A stretch of 33,612 nt of DNA. Source: a virus (taxonomy: Duplodnaviria > Caudoviricetes). Location of the stretch: the IMG/VR virus record IMGVR_UViG_3300017777_001518, positions 1 to 33,612 of that record, one strand, 5' to 3'. The translations under genes and the position numbers were made by a program. Shown here in pieces: positions 17,562 through 27,184 of the stretch (the stretch's first letter is position 1; the number at the start of each line of letters is the position of its first letter). The notes beneath the pieces were generated by a model. That model was not told the origin of the DNA, searched no databases, and saw only the letters and a list, made by a program, of their open reading frames with translations.

Positions 17562-19239
17562 AGACACCAACGATGGTGTTAAAATCAACACCTGTTCCGA
17601 CAGCAACAAAGTTTAGCTGAATGTAGTTGACAGAACGAGAAGGCTTAATGTAGATATCACCAACAAATTGATTTGAGTCAATAACATTTGATGAGTTATT
17701 GGTTGTGTCGCAAACCACTTTGAAATCTGTAATACCACGGCGACCTTTAACATCACGTAAGAAAGGAGTTACAGTTGCTACAAATTGTGCTCTTGTAAAT
17801 TCATCATTTTGTTCAAACAGAGAAAACTTTGCAGCTTCTGCAATTGATTTCTCTAGTGTAATAAACAATCTACGTACATTAATTCTATCAAATGCAGATG
17901 GTCTTGTTGTTAATGTTTTGTCACCAAACAAGACGATGCCTTGTCCAGGGAAAGAAACAACTGGATTAACGCCTGATGCATAGATTGTATCACGGTCAGT
18001 TTTGCTTGGGTTCCAAGCCAACTTAATTGCATTTTTAATTTGTCCACGTGAGAAACCTGCTGGTGAATACCACGGGTCTCTAACGGTATCTGTGTTGACG
18101 CATAAACCAGCAACATCACCGTTCAATGGAATATAACGATAAACGTTATTATATTTGTCGTATTGGTATTTCCAACCAGAGTCAGCAACTGCATATGTTG
18201 ATGTTGTTGCCACACTTGACAACCATGTTGCAATGTTTGTTACTTCTGAACCAGATTGATTAACAACTGATGAAGATGGTGGAGAAACAAAAGCTACACA
18301 ATCTTTTCTTGTTGCTGCAATAGATGAAATTACATAGTTTTGAACTGTTGCACTTGCATCGCCTGTAATAATTAAAGATACATCAACTGTATCTTTATTC
18401 AAAAATTGACCAAATGCTGAAGTTGTATTTGCAGCTACTATTGCTGCATCAACACCGCCAGCTAAATTTACCGTTGACACACCACTCAATGAAGTAAAAT
18501 TGGTAGTTGAAAGTCCACCCCATGTACCAGATTGACCTGCATAATCAGGAGGATCCATCACATAAACATATTTTGAATTATTGAAAACTACTTGTTTGTA
18601 GTAGTTTGAAACACCATTAATAGATGCATCTCTTGCTTTAGATACATACGCATATGTTTCTAATACAGTATTTGCTGAAGCAGAGAATAAACCAAGACGG
18701 TCAACAACAACAATGTGAAGTTCATCATCTTGACCACCTACCGCAGTAACATAATCAGAATTCCCTGGAGCACCTGGAAAATAACTCTTATATGTCCATG
18801 TTGCAAAATCGGTTGAATTGTCACAAGTTGAAACAGTAAGTGAATTTCCTAATGCACCAGCACATCGAGCTGCAAATGCACCATATGTACCAGAATTATT
18901 CTGATTTAAATAAGTTGCTTCATATACATCTTTGTTTGCAATTTTGATGGCAACTGAATCGGTTGAATTTTTAGCTAAAGTACCAAGTGCTCGAACAATT
19001 TTTAAATTGTTTCCATATGCCAAATAGTTTGCAGCAGTAAAGAAAGATATTGCTGAATTAGAATCTGGCTGACCGAAAGTGTTTACGAGACCAATTTCAC
19101 TATCAATTTGTGTTATAATGTTAGCTGGACCCCAACTAAATGTTCCAGCAAATGCACCAGCAGTAGTAAGAATAGAAGGTACAACTGTGGTTAAGTCTAC
19201 TTCTGATACATTTACGCCTGGAGAGATTTGAAATGCCAT
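17560..19239 (-). CDS. 18: Tail sheath protein gp18
   Basis: SPGVNVSEVD, YDKYN, PWYSPAG, GDKT, FDRINVRRLF. Confidence 0.97.
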   Translation of the reverse strand: MAFQISPGVNVSEVDLTTVVPSILTTAGAFAGTFSWGPANIITQIDSEIGLVNTFGQPDSNSAISFFTAANYLAYGNNLKIVRALGTLAKNSTDSVAIKIANKDVYEATYLNQNNSGTYGAFAARCAGALGNSLTVSTCDNSTDFATWTYKSYFPGAPGNSDYVTAVGGQDDELHIVVVDRLGLFSASANTVLETYAYVSKARDASINGVSNYYKQVVFNNSKYVYVMDPPDYAGQSGTWGGLSTTNFTSLSGVSTVNLAGGVDAAIVAANTTSAFGQFLNKDTVDVSLIITGDASATVQNYVISSIAATRKDCVAFVSPPSSSVVNQSGSEVTNIATWLSSVATTSTYAVADSGWKYQYDKYNNVYRYIPLNGDVAGLCVNTDTVRDPWYSPAGFSRGQIKNAIKLAWNPSKTDRDTIYASGVNPVVSFPGQGIVLFGDKTLTTRPSAFDRINVRRLFITLEKSIAEAAKFSLFEQNDEFTRAQFVATVTPFLRDVKGRRGITDFKVVCDTTNNSSNVIDSNQFVGDIYIKPSRSVNYIQLNFVAVGTGVDFNTIVGV

Positions 19240-19297
19240 TTTTTTTTCTCCTTGAATTATTATGTGTTCTTCTGGTAATTAAAGAATACCATAGAGA

Positions 19298-19305
19298 TAT
19301 TTATG
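19298..19305 (-). promoter_or_regulatory. Late promoter (CATAAATA) for g18
   Basis: Near-consensus box in the g17-g18 gap. Confidence 0.7.
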
Positions 19306-19316
19306 AAAGGCTGGAT

Positions 19317-21008
19317 TTACAACCTATCAGCCATCCTTTTAATGAAGTTTGAATATGTGCCAGCACCATCTGCAACTTCCCACAAATCACCATCAATAAT
19401 CTCAAACTCATGTTCCAAACCATCTTCGATGATAGGTGCAGGCAAAGTTTCATCATCCACTTGATTCATATTCTCTAATTGTATCTGTTTACGTATGTCG
19501 TGATTGACAATTTCTTTAAAATATTGTTGAGTTGTTACCCATGAAAAGATGACCAAAGACATAACCATATCATCATTTGCACCGTCTTCCGCAGAAAATG
19601 AGTTCCTTTGTTGAACAAAGGTTGTCAATTCTGAATAGGTATCAAAGTCATTAATTAATAATTTGTCACCTTCAATCAAAGTTTTTAGGTTTGAACAACC
19701 AATAGCCTTGACTTGAGTTGACATTTTTAGACCCATTTGAATACCACGGGCAAAACCAGCCGACAATTGTTGTGGTTTCTTGTTACCTGTAAATATCTTC
19801 CACAAGTTCTCATATTCAAAATCTTGGTGTAAAGAATCTGCGACCTGTGGGTTGTTGTTAATTTCTATCAAAACATAGGCATCATTATAATACCTTGCGG
19901 TGTTATAGATGACAGTTGGAAAAAGAATTGCTGTAATTGATGAACTCTTATATGTTGCCACTTGTTTGTATGGTGTCTGTGAGATATCAATAACTGACAT
20001 TGCGGAACTGTCTAGGTTTTTACCTTCAGAAACGTCAACGCAGATACAATATAAGTGGTCTGATTTACCTTCATCAACACCTTCTTTGACTGGATGTTCA
20101 TAGATTTTTAACAAATCATGGTTGGCAATTGGATCGGTATACACCAACTGTTGCAACTTATAACCAGAAATCAAAGTGTTGGTTGAACCTAAGAATTCTG
20201 TTTCAAACTCTTGTTTGAATTGTCGTTCTGATGTATTACGAATTGTTTCTTCTTTCCACTTCTCATCACGACCTGGCACCATAGACCAATGAATTTCAAA
20301 ATTGGTATAGTTATTTTTCTTGTTTAATGAATCCATCCATAACTTGTAGAACAGATTCATACCATTGGGTGTAGACACAATAATAATCTTTGTCTTTTTA
20401 CCTGATGAAATTACAGGGTAAACAGAGTTAAAGAATTCTTCCGCAATATTGTTTGGAACGAAAGCAAATTCATCTAAGAATACAATATTAAATGAGCCAC
20501 CTCGAATTGCAGAACTAGATGTAGAGGCTGCAATAATCTTAGAACCGTTCTCAAGTTCTACGTTACCTTTGTTCCATGTGACAACACCTTGTTGCAACCA
20601 CATTGGTAAGTTTTCATAGGCCAGTTGATATTTGCCCAAAATATCACGAGCCAATGCACCTTTGTTGGCCAGTACCGCACAATTTTGTGTGTCAGTAAAA
20701 ATGGTTGCCCATAACATATAGGCCACAGTTGTGGTAGTTTTACCAACCTGACGAGGACACTTTGTAATTACGAATCTATTGTTTGCAAACAGATGTAACA
20801 TTTCTTCCTGAAAACCCCACATAGCAAAGTTTATTAGACCTTCATCTACGTTTACAATCTTAATATAATTTTTGGCAAAGTAAACGGGGTCTTTAGAACA
20901 TTTAATATACTCATCAACCTGTTCTTGTGTATATTCTACCTTGACACCTGACTTTTTAAGTAGAGGGTTGTCACGATATGCTTCACCAAATCTTAAATCA
21001 TTGGTCAT
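19317..21008 (-). CDS. 17: Terminase large subunit gp17
   Basis: PRQVGKTT, FLDEFAF, VSTPNG, VDVSEG, NDDMVM. Confidence 0.97.
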   Translation of the reverse strand: MTNDLRFGEAYRDNPLLKKSGVKVEYTQEQVDEYIKCSKDPVYFAKNYIKIVNVDEGLINFAMWGFQEEMLHLFANNRFVITKCPRQVGKTTTTVAYMLWATIFTDTQNCAVLANKGALARDILGKYQLAYENLPMWLQQGVVTWNKGNVELENGSKIIAASTSSSAIRGGSFNIVFLDEFAFVPNNIAEEFFNSVYPVISSGKKTKIIIVSTPNGMNLFYKLWMDSLNKKNNYTNFEIHWSMVPGRDEKWKEETIRNTSERQFKQEFETEFLGSTNTLISGYKLQQLVYTDPIANHDLLKIYEHPVKEGVDEGKSDHLYCICVDVSEGKNLDSSAMSVIDISQTPYKQVATYKSSSITAILFPTVIYNTARYYNDAYVLIEINNNPQVADSLHQDFEYENLWKIFTGNKKPQQLSAGFARGIQMGLKMSTQVKAIGCSNLKTLIEGDKLLINDFDTYSELTTFVQQRNSFSAEDGANDDMVMSLVIFSWVTTQQYFKEIVNHDIRKQIQLENMNQVDDETLPAPIIEDGLEHEFEIIDGDLWEVADGAGTYSNFIKRMADRL

Positions 21009-21421
21009 TCTTTACCTTTGAGGAATCTATTCAATTCGGCTGTCGAACCAATAAATAAAGCATTATTGATTTTGGTATCAGATTCTCTTTTCTTACCATC
21101 CATCTCACGCATTTCTTTTTGTGTTTTCAATAGTCGGTCATTTGCTTCGACCACATTCTTTAGTAATGTTGCATATACTTCAAATGCACGTGGATGTTGT
21201 CCTGCGCTGGCAATCTGCCGCAATTCTTCCATTGCATCCTTGCCGTTGTCAATTAAGTCTTGTAGATTGCTTTTGGATTGCTCGTAAGCATCGACCAGGT
21301 CAGTTTTAAGGTCTGGTTCATCTGTTGATGCCTTGCTTATTACTGGCACCAAAGGTTTCTTTTCTTCTTGTATCGGAGTTACATCAAAGATTTTTTCCAT
21401 ATTATTGTCAAATGTATTCAT
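21005..21421 (-). CDS. 16: Terminase small subunit gp16
   Basis: HPRAFEV, NALFIGSTAEL. Start re-called to ATG 21421, just downstream of a GATAAATA late box at 21427-21434. Confidence 0.92.
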   Translation of the reverse strand: MNTFDNNMEKIFDVTPIQEEKKPLVPVISKASTDEPDLKTDLVDAYEQSKSNLQDLIDNGKDAMEELRQIASAGQHPRAFEVYATLLKNVVEANDRLLKTQKEMREMDGKKRESDTKINNALFIGSTAELNRFLKGKE

Positions 21422-21429
21422 ATAACTAT

Positions 21430-21531
21430 TTATCTCACCCAATACCATATAACATTGAGATTAGATACACCAGTATCATTCTGCCAAGGAGCTGGTGTAC
21501 AACTGGTTGAGTTTATACCTGAAATATTCAT
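21430..21531 (-). CDS. Small ORF not in the supplied track (33 aa, MNISGINSTSCTPAPWQNDTGVSNLNVIWYWVR), possible gene remnant
   Basis: ATG abuts the upstream TAA (TAAATG) and the ORF fills the gap before g16. Confidence 0.5.
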   Translation of the reverse strand: MNISGINSTSCTPAPWQNDTGVSNLNVIWYWVR

Positions 21532-24081
21532 TTATACGTCCACCACATTTGTTGCTGGATAAGAACGATAAAGTCCAGGCCATATAATACGTACTGCGCC
21601 TTGGCCGCCTGCGCCAGCATAATAACCAGAAGCGCCTCCGCCGCCATATAGACCTGGACTCGGTACATCAACTGAACCGTTATAAGTGGATCCACCATTA
21701 CCGCCATCAGTGCCACTTGAACCTCCACCTCCACCATTTGCATAACCAGTTCCTAATGAATTTGATCCTTGGCCTCCTGCACCACTACTACCTGCACCTG
21801 TAATATATACTCCGCCACCTGCACCAGATGCATTATAGTATCCAGTACCAACACCTGTTCTATTTGGCGCATTATTTCCACCACCTCCACCTCCAGCACC
21901 GCCGGTTCCTGCTGCGCCATTCAAACCACCTGAGGAAGAAGTATTTCCTCCTGCGCCGCCTGCACCCGTATAACCTCCTGCGCCGCCACCGCCAGTACAA
22001 AGCCAAGCGGCAGAAGTTGTGTTACCATTGGATACACTAATTCCGGCTGTTCCACCGGCACCGCCAGAAGATCCGCCGGTTCTACCAGTACCACCACTAG
22101 TACCACCTGCACCACCAGAAAGAGCAACAGTTGAAGCACTGATGGTGCCGCCGCTGCCACCGGAAGATAAACAATAATATACACCAGGTTGTGTCGGCAT
22201 TGTAACATATGAACTGCCGCCACCTGCACCAGATCCGCTAGTCCAAGTTGATCCTGGTGCACCAGAATAAACAGTTAGAACTTGGCCTGCAGTAACTGAA
22301 ATATTATTTCCATATGAAAGGCCGCCGCCTCCACCACCAACTGCTTTATTATATGCGTAAGCAGCTATTTTTCCACCAGCACCTCCCGCACCTATACAAA
22401 CCATTGATATTGAAGTTACACCTGCTGGTACAGTCCAATATTGTACTGCTGCGTACCCGTAATCAAAACCTTCTTGGCCTTGTGCTTGTTTAAATATTGT
22501 AAACTGATATGTTCTAGTTGTGGTTCCATCTTGTGCAGTTACTTTAATGTATTGTGTATTATTACCATCATTCAGGTATAAATCAACAGCGTATTCTCCG
22601 CCACCATATTGAGAAGTTATGGTTGTATAGCTTGGGTAACCTCCAGGATTACTATCCAAAACTTGCACTGTAGCCAAAGAAAATCCAGTTATAAACCGAT
22701 AAAATATTGTAGTTGCACCACCACCATTGTTCCAAATTTCGGATGTTAATGCATATGAAGTAGTTCCACTAGCAAAAGCTGGTGTCGGTGTTTTTGTAAC
22801 ACCAGCACCAGTCCACAAAAAAACCATTGTTGAAATTGATGCATCTGTAGATAATGTTCTTGTAATTGTTATTGTATATGTTTTTGTTGTACCATCTTCT
22901 GCGGTTACTACAACACTAATTGTATTGCTGCCATACGATAAATTTACCGTAAACGCAGAACCAGATGTTGCTGCACTACCATTAATAGTAATAGTTGAAT
23001 ATGAATTTGTTTTTGTTGGTGTAATATTTACTGATGTGGTAACATTACTTACTGCGGTAGCTGTATATGATGTTGTAGAACTAGAAAAAGTAGGAGATAT
23101 AGCACCACTAGAAACTGTTAATGCCGATAAAGTATTAACATTTGTTAATCTGTGTACAGTAATTGTATAAGTTTTGGTAGTTGAACTGTCATCAGCTGTT
23201 ACTATTATAGTAACTGTATTATCACCAACACTTAAAGAAATTGAACCAGAAGCAGAACCAGATGTAACTGCGACACCATTAACTTGTATTGATCCACCAG
23301 AAGCAGCTGTAGGTGTAACAGTTATTGTCGTTGTTGCATTTGTTACAGAAGTTGTATAAGATGTTGTGGTGTTTACAAAAGCAGGAGTTAGTGTGCCATT
23401 AGAAATTGTTAATGCTGATAGATTGGCAATACCAGTTAATCTACGTGCTATTAAATTATAAATTTTATTTGTACCATTTTGAGCAGTAACTGTTATATCA
23501 ATACTATTATCACCCAAAGATACGGAAATTGGATCACTAGGGTTACCTGATGATACTGTACTACCATTAACTTCTATTGAAGAAGGTGCAATATTACCAG
23601 AAGCAGCTGTAGGTGTAACAGTTATTGTCGTTGTTGCATTTGTTACAGAAGTTGTATAAGATGTTGTGTTACTTGCAAAAGTAGGAGATAATGCACTACC
23701 AGAAGTAGTCAATGCTGTCAAATTGGCATTACTTGAAAGTCTAGTTATTGTTATTGTATATGTTTTTGAAAAGTAACTATCTCTGTCAATTACTAATATG
23801 GTAACAATATTGGTTCCCACATACATGTTAATAGGACTAGAAGTACTACCTGATGATATTGTTACTCCATTAATTCGAATTGTTGATAAAGAATCAACTG
23901 CTGTAGGAGTAAAGGTTAAAGATGTTATACCAACAGCAATATTAAAACTATAAGCTGTTATTGCAGGATCCAAATCTGGATTAATTGAATATCCATTAGA
24001 AACAGTTAGAGAAGCTAAATCGAAAGGAAGAGCTTTATCTTTAATCATTATTCCTGAAACACTAACACCTGATATACGCAT
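21532..24081 (-). CDS. Virion adhesin-like protein: about 5 cadherin-like Ig repeats plus a C-terminal glycine-rich domain
   Basis: Repeats LSALTxSxGxLxPxFxSxTTSY...GxNTIxxxVTAxDGTTKTYTITxxR; C-terminus WTVPAGVTSIS...GGGG...AVRIIWPG. Confidence 0.85.
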   Translation of the reverse strand: MRISGVSVSGIMIKDKALPFDLASLTVSNGYSINPDLDPAITAYSFNIAVGITSLTFTPTAVDSLSTIRINGVTISSGSTSSPINMYVGTNIVTILVIDRDSYFSKTYTITITRLSSNANLTALTTSGSALSPTFASNTTSYTTSVTNATTTITVTPTAASGNIAPSSIEVNGSTVSSGNPSDPISVSLGDNSIDITVTAQNGTNKIYNLIARRLTGIANLSALTISNGTLTPAFVNTTTSYTTSVTNATTTITVTPTAASGGSIQVNGVAVTSGSASGSISLSVGDNTVTIIVTADDSSTTKTYTITVHRLTNVNTLSALTVSSGAISPTFSSSTTSYTATAVSNVTTSVNITPTKTNSYSTITINGSAATSGSAFTVNLSYGSNTISVVVTAEDGTTKTYTITITRTLSTDASISTMVFLWTGAGVTKTPTPAFASGTTSYALTSEIWNNGGGATTIFYRFITGFSLATVQVLDSNPGGYPSYTTITSQYGGGEYAVDLYLNDGNNTQYIKVTAQDGTTTRTYQFTIFKQAQGQEGFDYGYAAVQYWTVPAGVTSISMVCIGAGGAGGKIAAYAYNKAVGGGGGGLSYGNNISVTAGQVLTVYSGAPGSTWTSGSGAGGGSSYVTMPTQPGVYYCLSSGGSGGTISASTVALSGGAGGTSGGTGRTGGSSGGAGGTAGISVSNGNTTSAAWLCTGGGGAGGYTGAGGAGGNTSSSGGLNGAAGTGGAGGGGGGNNAPNRTGVGTGYYNASGAGGGVYITGAGSSGAGGQGSNSLGTGYANGGGGGSSGTDGGNGGSTYNGSVDVPSPGLYGGGGASGYYAGAGGQGAVRIIWPGLYRSYPATNVVDV
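23296..23668. repeat. 73-bp exact direct repeat (23296-23368 = 23596-23668)
   Basis: Identical by eye, 300 bp apart, in adjacent Ig repeats. Confidence 0.9.
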
Positions 24082-24092
24082 CTATGGACTCT

Positions 24093-25073
24093 TTAAGGAT
24101 TTTCTGTTATGGTTCTTGTGTATGTATATAAACTATTGGCGTTTGCTGTTGTTGGATTTGGTACAACAACTATTTGTGATAAAACGGAAGGTGCAACTTG
24201 ATATGATGTAAAATTATAATTTGCATTTGTTACCATACCATAAATGGGTTGTGATGATACAAAATTACCATTGATTGATGTTAGATGTAGTTTTGAATTA
24301 CTCCAACTTAAAACTCTAGCTGTTGCTGTTGCTGTGCCAGCAGAATAACCCTGATATACACCTTCACCAATTTGATATGTTCCGATACCAGTGTTACCCA
24401 TGTTAAATATAACTACGTCTTCTGCTGTTATATCATTTAGAATATTTGTAATTGATGTTTTGATTAAACTAGCACTTGAAACTGGACCAAAGATAAAACC
24501 TTTGACAGTAAAGTTTAATGTCCAAATAACCAAACGTGGATCTGAACTTCTGTTACCTTCATACTGAACATCTTGTGTTACATTATTTAAGATGATAGGT
24601 ATTTCTTTGACCATTCCCATTTCTGGAACCAAATTCAATTTGATTGTATAGTCTGGAGTAAAGTATGGTAGAATGTGTTCTATAACTTGTGTACCATCCT
24701 CAATGTTACGAACATACAGATATAAATTGAAATCGAAATTGTATGGTACAGGATTGTATTGACCAACAACCGTATTACCAGTTGATGCTGCATAATTTCT
24801 TATGTTTGTATTTTGTTTTCTGCTTGCATCATATTGCAAACCAGTCATCTCAAATGACAATCTTGGTAAAGTTATTTGAACTTTTTTGTCCAAATTAAAA
24901 TCTTCTTCCAATCTTAACACATAATGTTCTTTGGCTGCATATGCAATTGGTACAATAAACCGTTCAGCTTCAGTCAAGTTTGAATTGTATCTGACCATTG
25001 TTATTTCATTAAACAAGTTGCCAAAACCAACAACCAATTTTCGAATGATACGATTATAGAATATGTTTGCCAT
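24093..25073 (-). CDS. 15: Tail sheath stabiliser/terminator gp15
   Basis: FGNLFN, VPIAYA, LPRLSFE, PVPYN, EHILPYFTP. Confidence 0.95.
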   Translation of the reverse strand: MANIFYNRIIRKLVVGFGNLFNEITMVRYNSNLTEAERFIVPIAYAAKEHYVLRLEEDFNLDKKVQITLPRLSFEMTGLQYDASRKQNTNIRNYAASTGNTVVGQYNPVPYNFDFNLYLYVRNIEDGTQVIEHILPYFTPDYTIKLNLVPEMGMVKEIPIILNNVTQDVQYEGNRSSDPRLVIWTLNFTVKGFIFGPVSSASLIKTSITNILNDITAEDVVIFNMGNTGIGTYQIGEGVYQGYSAGTATATARVLSWSNSKLHLTSINGNFVSSQPIYGMVTNANYNFTSYQVAPSVLSQIVVVPNPTTANANSLYTYTRTITENP

Positions 25074-25960
25074 TAAATGTTACCAAAAGGATTTGTTTCA
25101 CTAAAATCAGTAATAGAATTTGCTTGCTGTTGAATGTATAGGTTGTCATATTTTTCATTATTCAATTCAACAGACAACGGATCAAATGATGTTATTGTAT
25201 ATTGTGCATTACTTGTTGCACCAATGACCAATGAATTATTTGCAAACTCACCTGCAATATTGGTTACCGATAGTATTCTATTTGTTGTATCCCAATTAGA
25301 AACCGTACCAACAACAGTTGCATTTGCTTGTGTATTATCTGGAGAACGGAACACAAGTTCTTTACTCAGATATATTCCTGAACCACTATTGGCTCTCATA
25401 CGCAAATCAATTGTGTATGCTGAATTGTCAACCACAATATCAATATCTGGTACACCAGTATCAATAACTTCTTGTGAATATTTGAATTTCTCCATTTCCA
25501 ATTCATAGAAAAATGGAATCTTACGACCTAATGAAAAGAAGTCTTTAGTTTGATTAACAAACTTAATTTCAAATAGTTCACCTGTACCATTAAGGAATGG
25601 AACATACACCAAATCACCTTCCCGTGGTCGTGTAAATGTGTTTTGAGGAACTCTTTGTGAGAAAGATCGTTTTGAAAGAATAACACTAACATTGTTTTTA
25701 ATTTCAAGGCCAAATTTAGAAAAGAATTCTCTTTCGCCACCATATTCTAATACATTAGATAAATAAAATTCAACAGGAAATGCCGTGTTAAATTTCTTAA
25801 CTGGATCTTCTCCGTACAACAAATCTCTGGCTTGGTCGTTGTCATTTGGAAGATACATTCCATCAAAACCCATAATCTTAATGGATTCGACAATTAAATC
25901 TTCTACTACTCTCTGTTCACTGAGAGCATTATAGTTATTAAAATACTGCGATGTAGCCAT
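25073..25960 (-). CDS. 14: Neck protein gp14
   Basis: ESIKIMG, FSKFGLEI, RPREGDLVY, LFEIKFV. Confidence 0.94.
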   Translation of the reverse strand: MATSQYFNNYNALSEQRVVEDLIVESIKIMGFDGMYLPNDNDQARDLLYGEDPVKKFNTAFPVEFYLSNVLEYGGEREFFSKFGLEIKNNVSVILSKRSFSQRVPQNTFTRPREGDLVYVPFLNGTGELFEIKFVNQTKDFFSLGRKIPFFYELEMEKFKYSQEVIDTGVPDIDIVVDNSAYTIDLRMRANSGSGIYLSKELVFRSPDNTQANATVVGTVSNWDTTNRILSVTNIAGEFANNSLVIGATSNAQYTITSFDPLSVELNNEKYDNLYIQQQANSITDFSETNPFGNI

Positions 25961-25961
25961 A

Positions 25962-26735
25962 TTAATTCATGTACCATTCCAAAGGACCACCATAATTGGC
26001 AATCATCTCGGTTTCTAATCTTGTTTTCTCACTCATACCCTCATCAAATATTTTATCACCATTTAATACCACTCCACCAGGTAATTGGATGCCACCAAAC
26101 TTTTTAAGGTTGGCGCCCCATTGTATTTTGATAAGGTTGGATGAATATTCTTTTAACCAACGGTCTTCCCATACTCTGCCATATACATCAGCGTTTATTA
26201 CGGCATAACATTCCGCAATAACTGTGGTACCCAATGGAGCTTCAGATGCACCCCAAGACCAATCAATGAACAGCTTCTGCATATGCCTTTGGAAACGAAT
26301 AGGAACTTCACCGGTGAACATCAATTCAAGAGAACGTAGATGTTGTTGTGTCAAAGTATAATTGATGTAGGACGCCGAGGTGAAGTCATACAATTCGTTT
26401 AAACGTAACTGGTATCTCAAGTCAAACATATTAACTTGAGACAATGAATCTGATATTGGAAAAATACGGGTAACACCGACAATTTCCAATGCATTATTAG
26501 ATGCATCTTTGGCTTCGGTTAAATCTAGATATTTATTATTAATATCTGTTTGAGTTGTTTTTTTGATGTAATATACTTTTTGTAAACCATCAAAATGGTA
26601 ATCATGCCAATATTGTAGAGCATCATCAATTCTGTCTTCCACTTGGTCATCGTCTACGTTAATGTCAATGACTGGAAAACCTAGTTTGCGTAAACAATAA
26701 TCTTTGAATTGTGCTCTTGTTCGTACTATGGACAT
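25962..26735 (-). CDS. 13: Neck protein gp13
   Basis: YCLRKLGFPVIDINV, YHFDG, QWGANLKKFGGIQLPGGV. Confidence 0.95.
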   Translation of the reverse strand: MSIVRTRAQFKDYCLRKLGFPVIDINVDDDQVEDRIDDALQYWHDYHFDGLQKVYYIKKTTQTDINNKYLDLTEAKDASNNALEIVGVTRIFPISDSLSQVNMFDLRYQLRLNELYDFTSASYINYTLTQQHLRSLELMFTGEVPIRFQRHMQKLFIDWSWGASEAPLGTTVIAECYAVINADVYGRVWEDRWLKEYSSNLIKIQWGANLKKFGGIQLPGGVVLNGDKIFDEGMSEKTRLETEMIANYGGPLEWYMN

Positions 26736-26757
26736 TACTAAATCTCCTTTAATTAGG

Positions 26758-26765
26758 TATTTAGT
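26758..26765 (-). promoter_or_regulatory. Late promoter variant (ACTAAATA) for g13
   Basis: TAAATA core upstream of an AAGGAG RBS. Confidence 0.6.
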
Positions 26766-26803
26766 GATGTATTTTTTCTCTTATTCATCTGCTTTGTTAC
26801 TTA

Positions 26804-27184
26804 TTATTTTAACCAGTTGTTAGACATATTGTGAACACATGTAGTGTAAACTTCAAATAATTGTTCAATATTAATTTCTTGTATGGTATTATCATTTAAT
26901 TTCCATTGAATTTTGTTATCAATAAAATGTTTTTGCCACGCATTACTTGTTGTCATACCATTCGATTGGTCTTGTAACATTCCAATAGAAGATATTTGTA
27001 GATACCTAGACATTCTACCTATACTCTTTTCATCGGAATCAAATAACCAACCATTAAATTCTACGGTAGAATTGTTTATTATTTCGGTTTTTTCAGCTTT
27101 ATAACCTTGAATAATATCATCATAGAAAGTAAAAACTTTCTTAAACATCTGAGGTTGGATTTGAACAGTTTTACTTGTTAACAT
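26804..27184 (-). CDS. DUF4376-like tail-fibre-associated protein
   Basis: VEFNGWLFDSDEKSIGRM, IQWKLNDNT; directly after a fibre-like gene. Confidence 0.7.
   Translation of the reverse strand: MLTSKTVQIQPQMFKKVFTFYDDIIQGYKAEKTEIINNSTVEFNGWLFDSDEKSIGRMSRYLQISSIGMLQDQSNGMTTSNAWQKHFIDNKIQWKLNDNTIQEINIEQLFEVYTTCVHNMSNNWLK

Noticed and set aside
4818-21008. Introns, inteins or homing endonucleases in g46, uvsW, g23, g20 or g17
   Set aside because: All are uninterrupted and of ordinary length, and the intergenic gaps are short.
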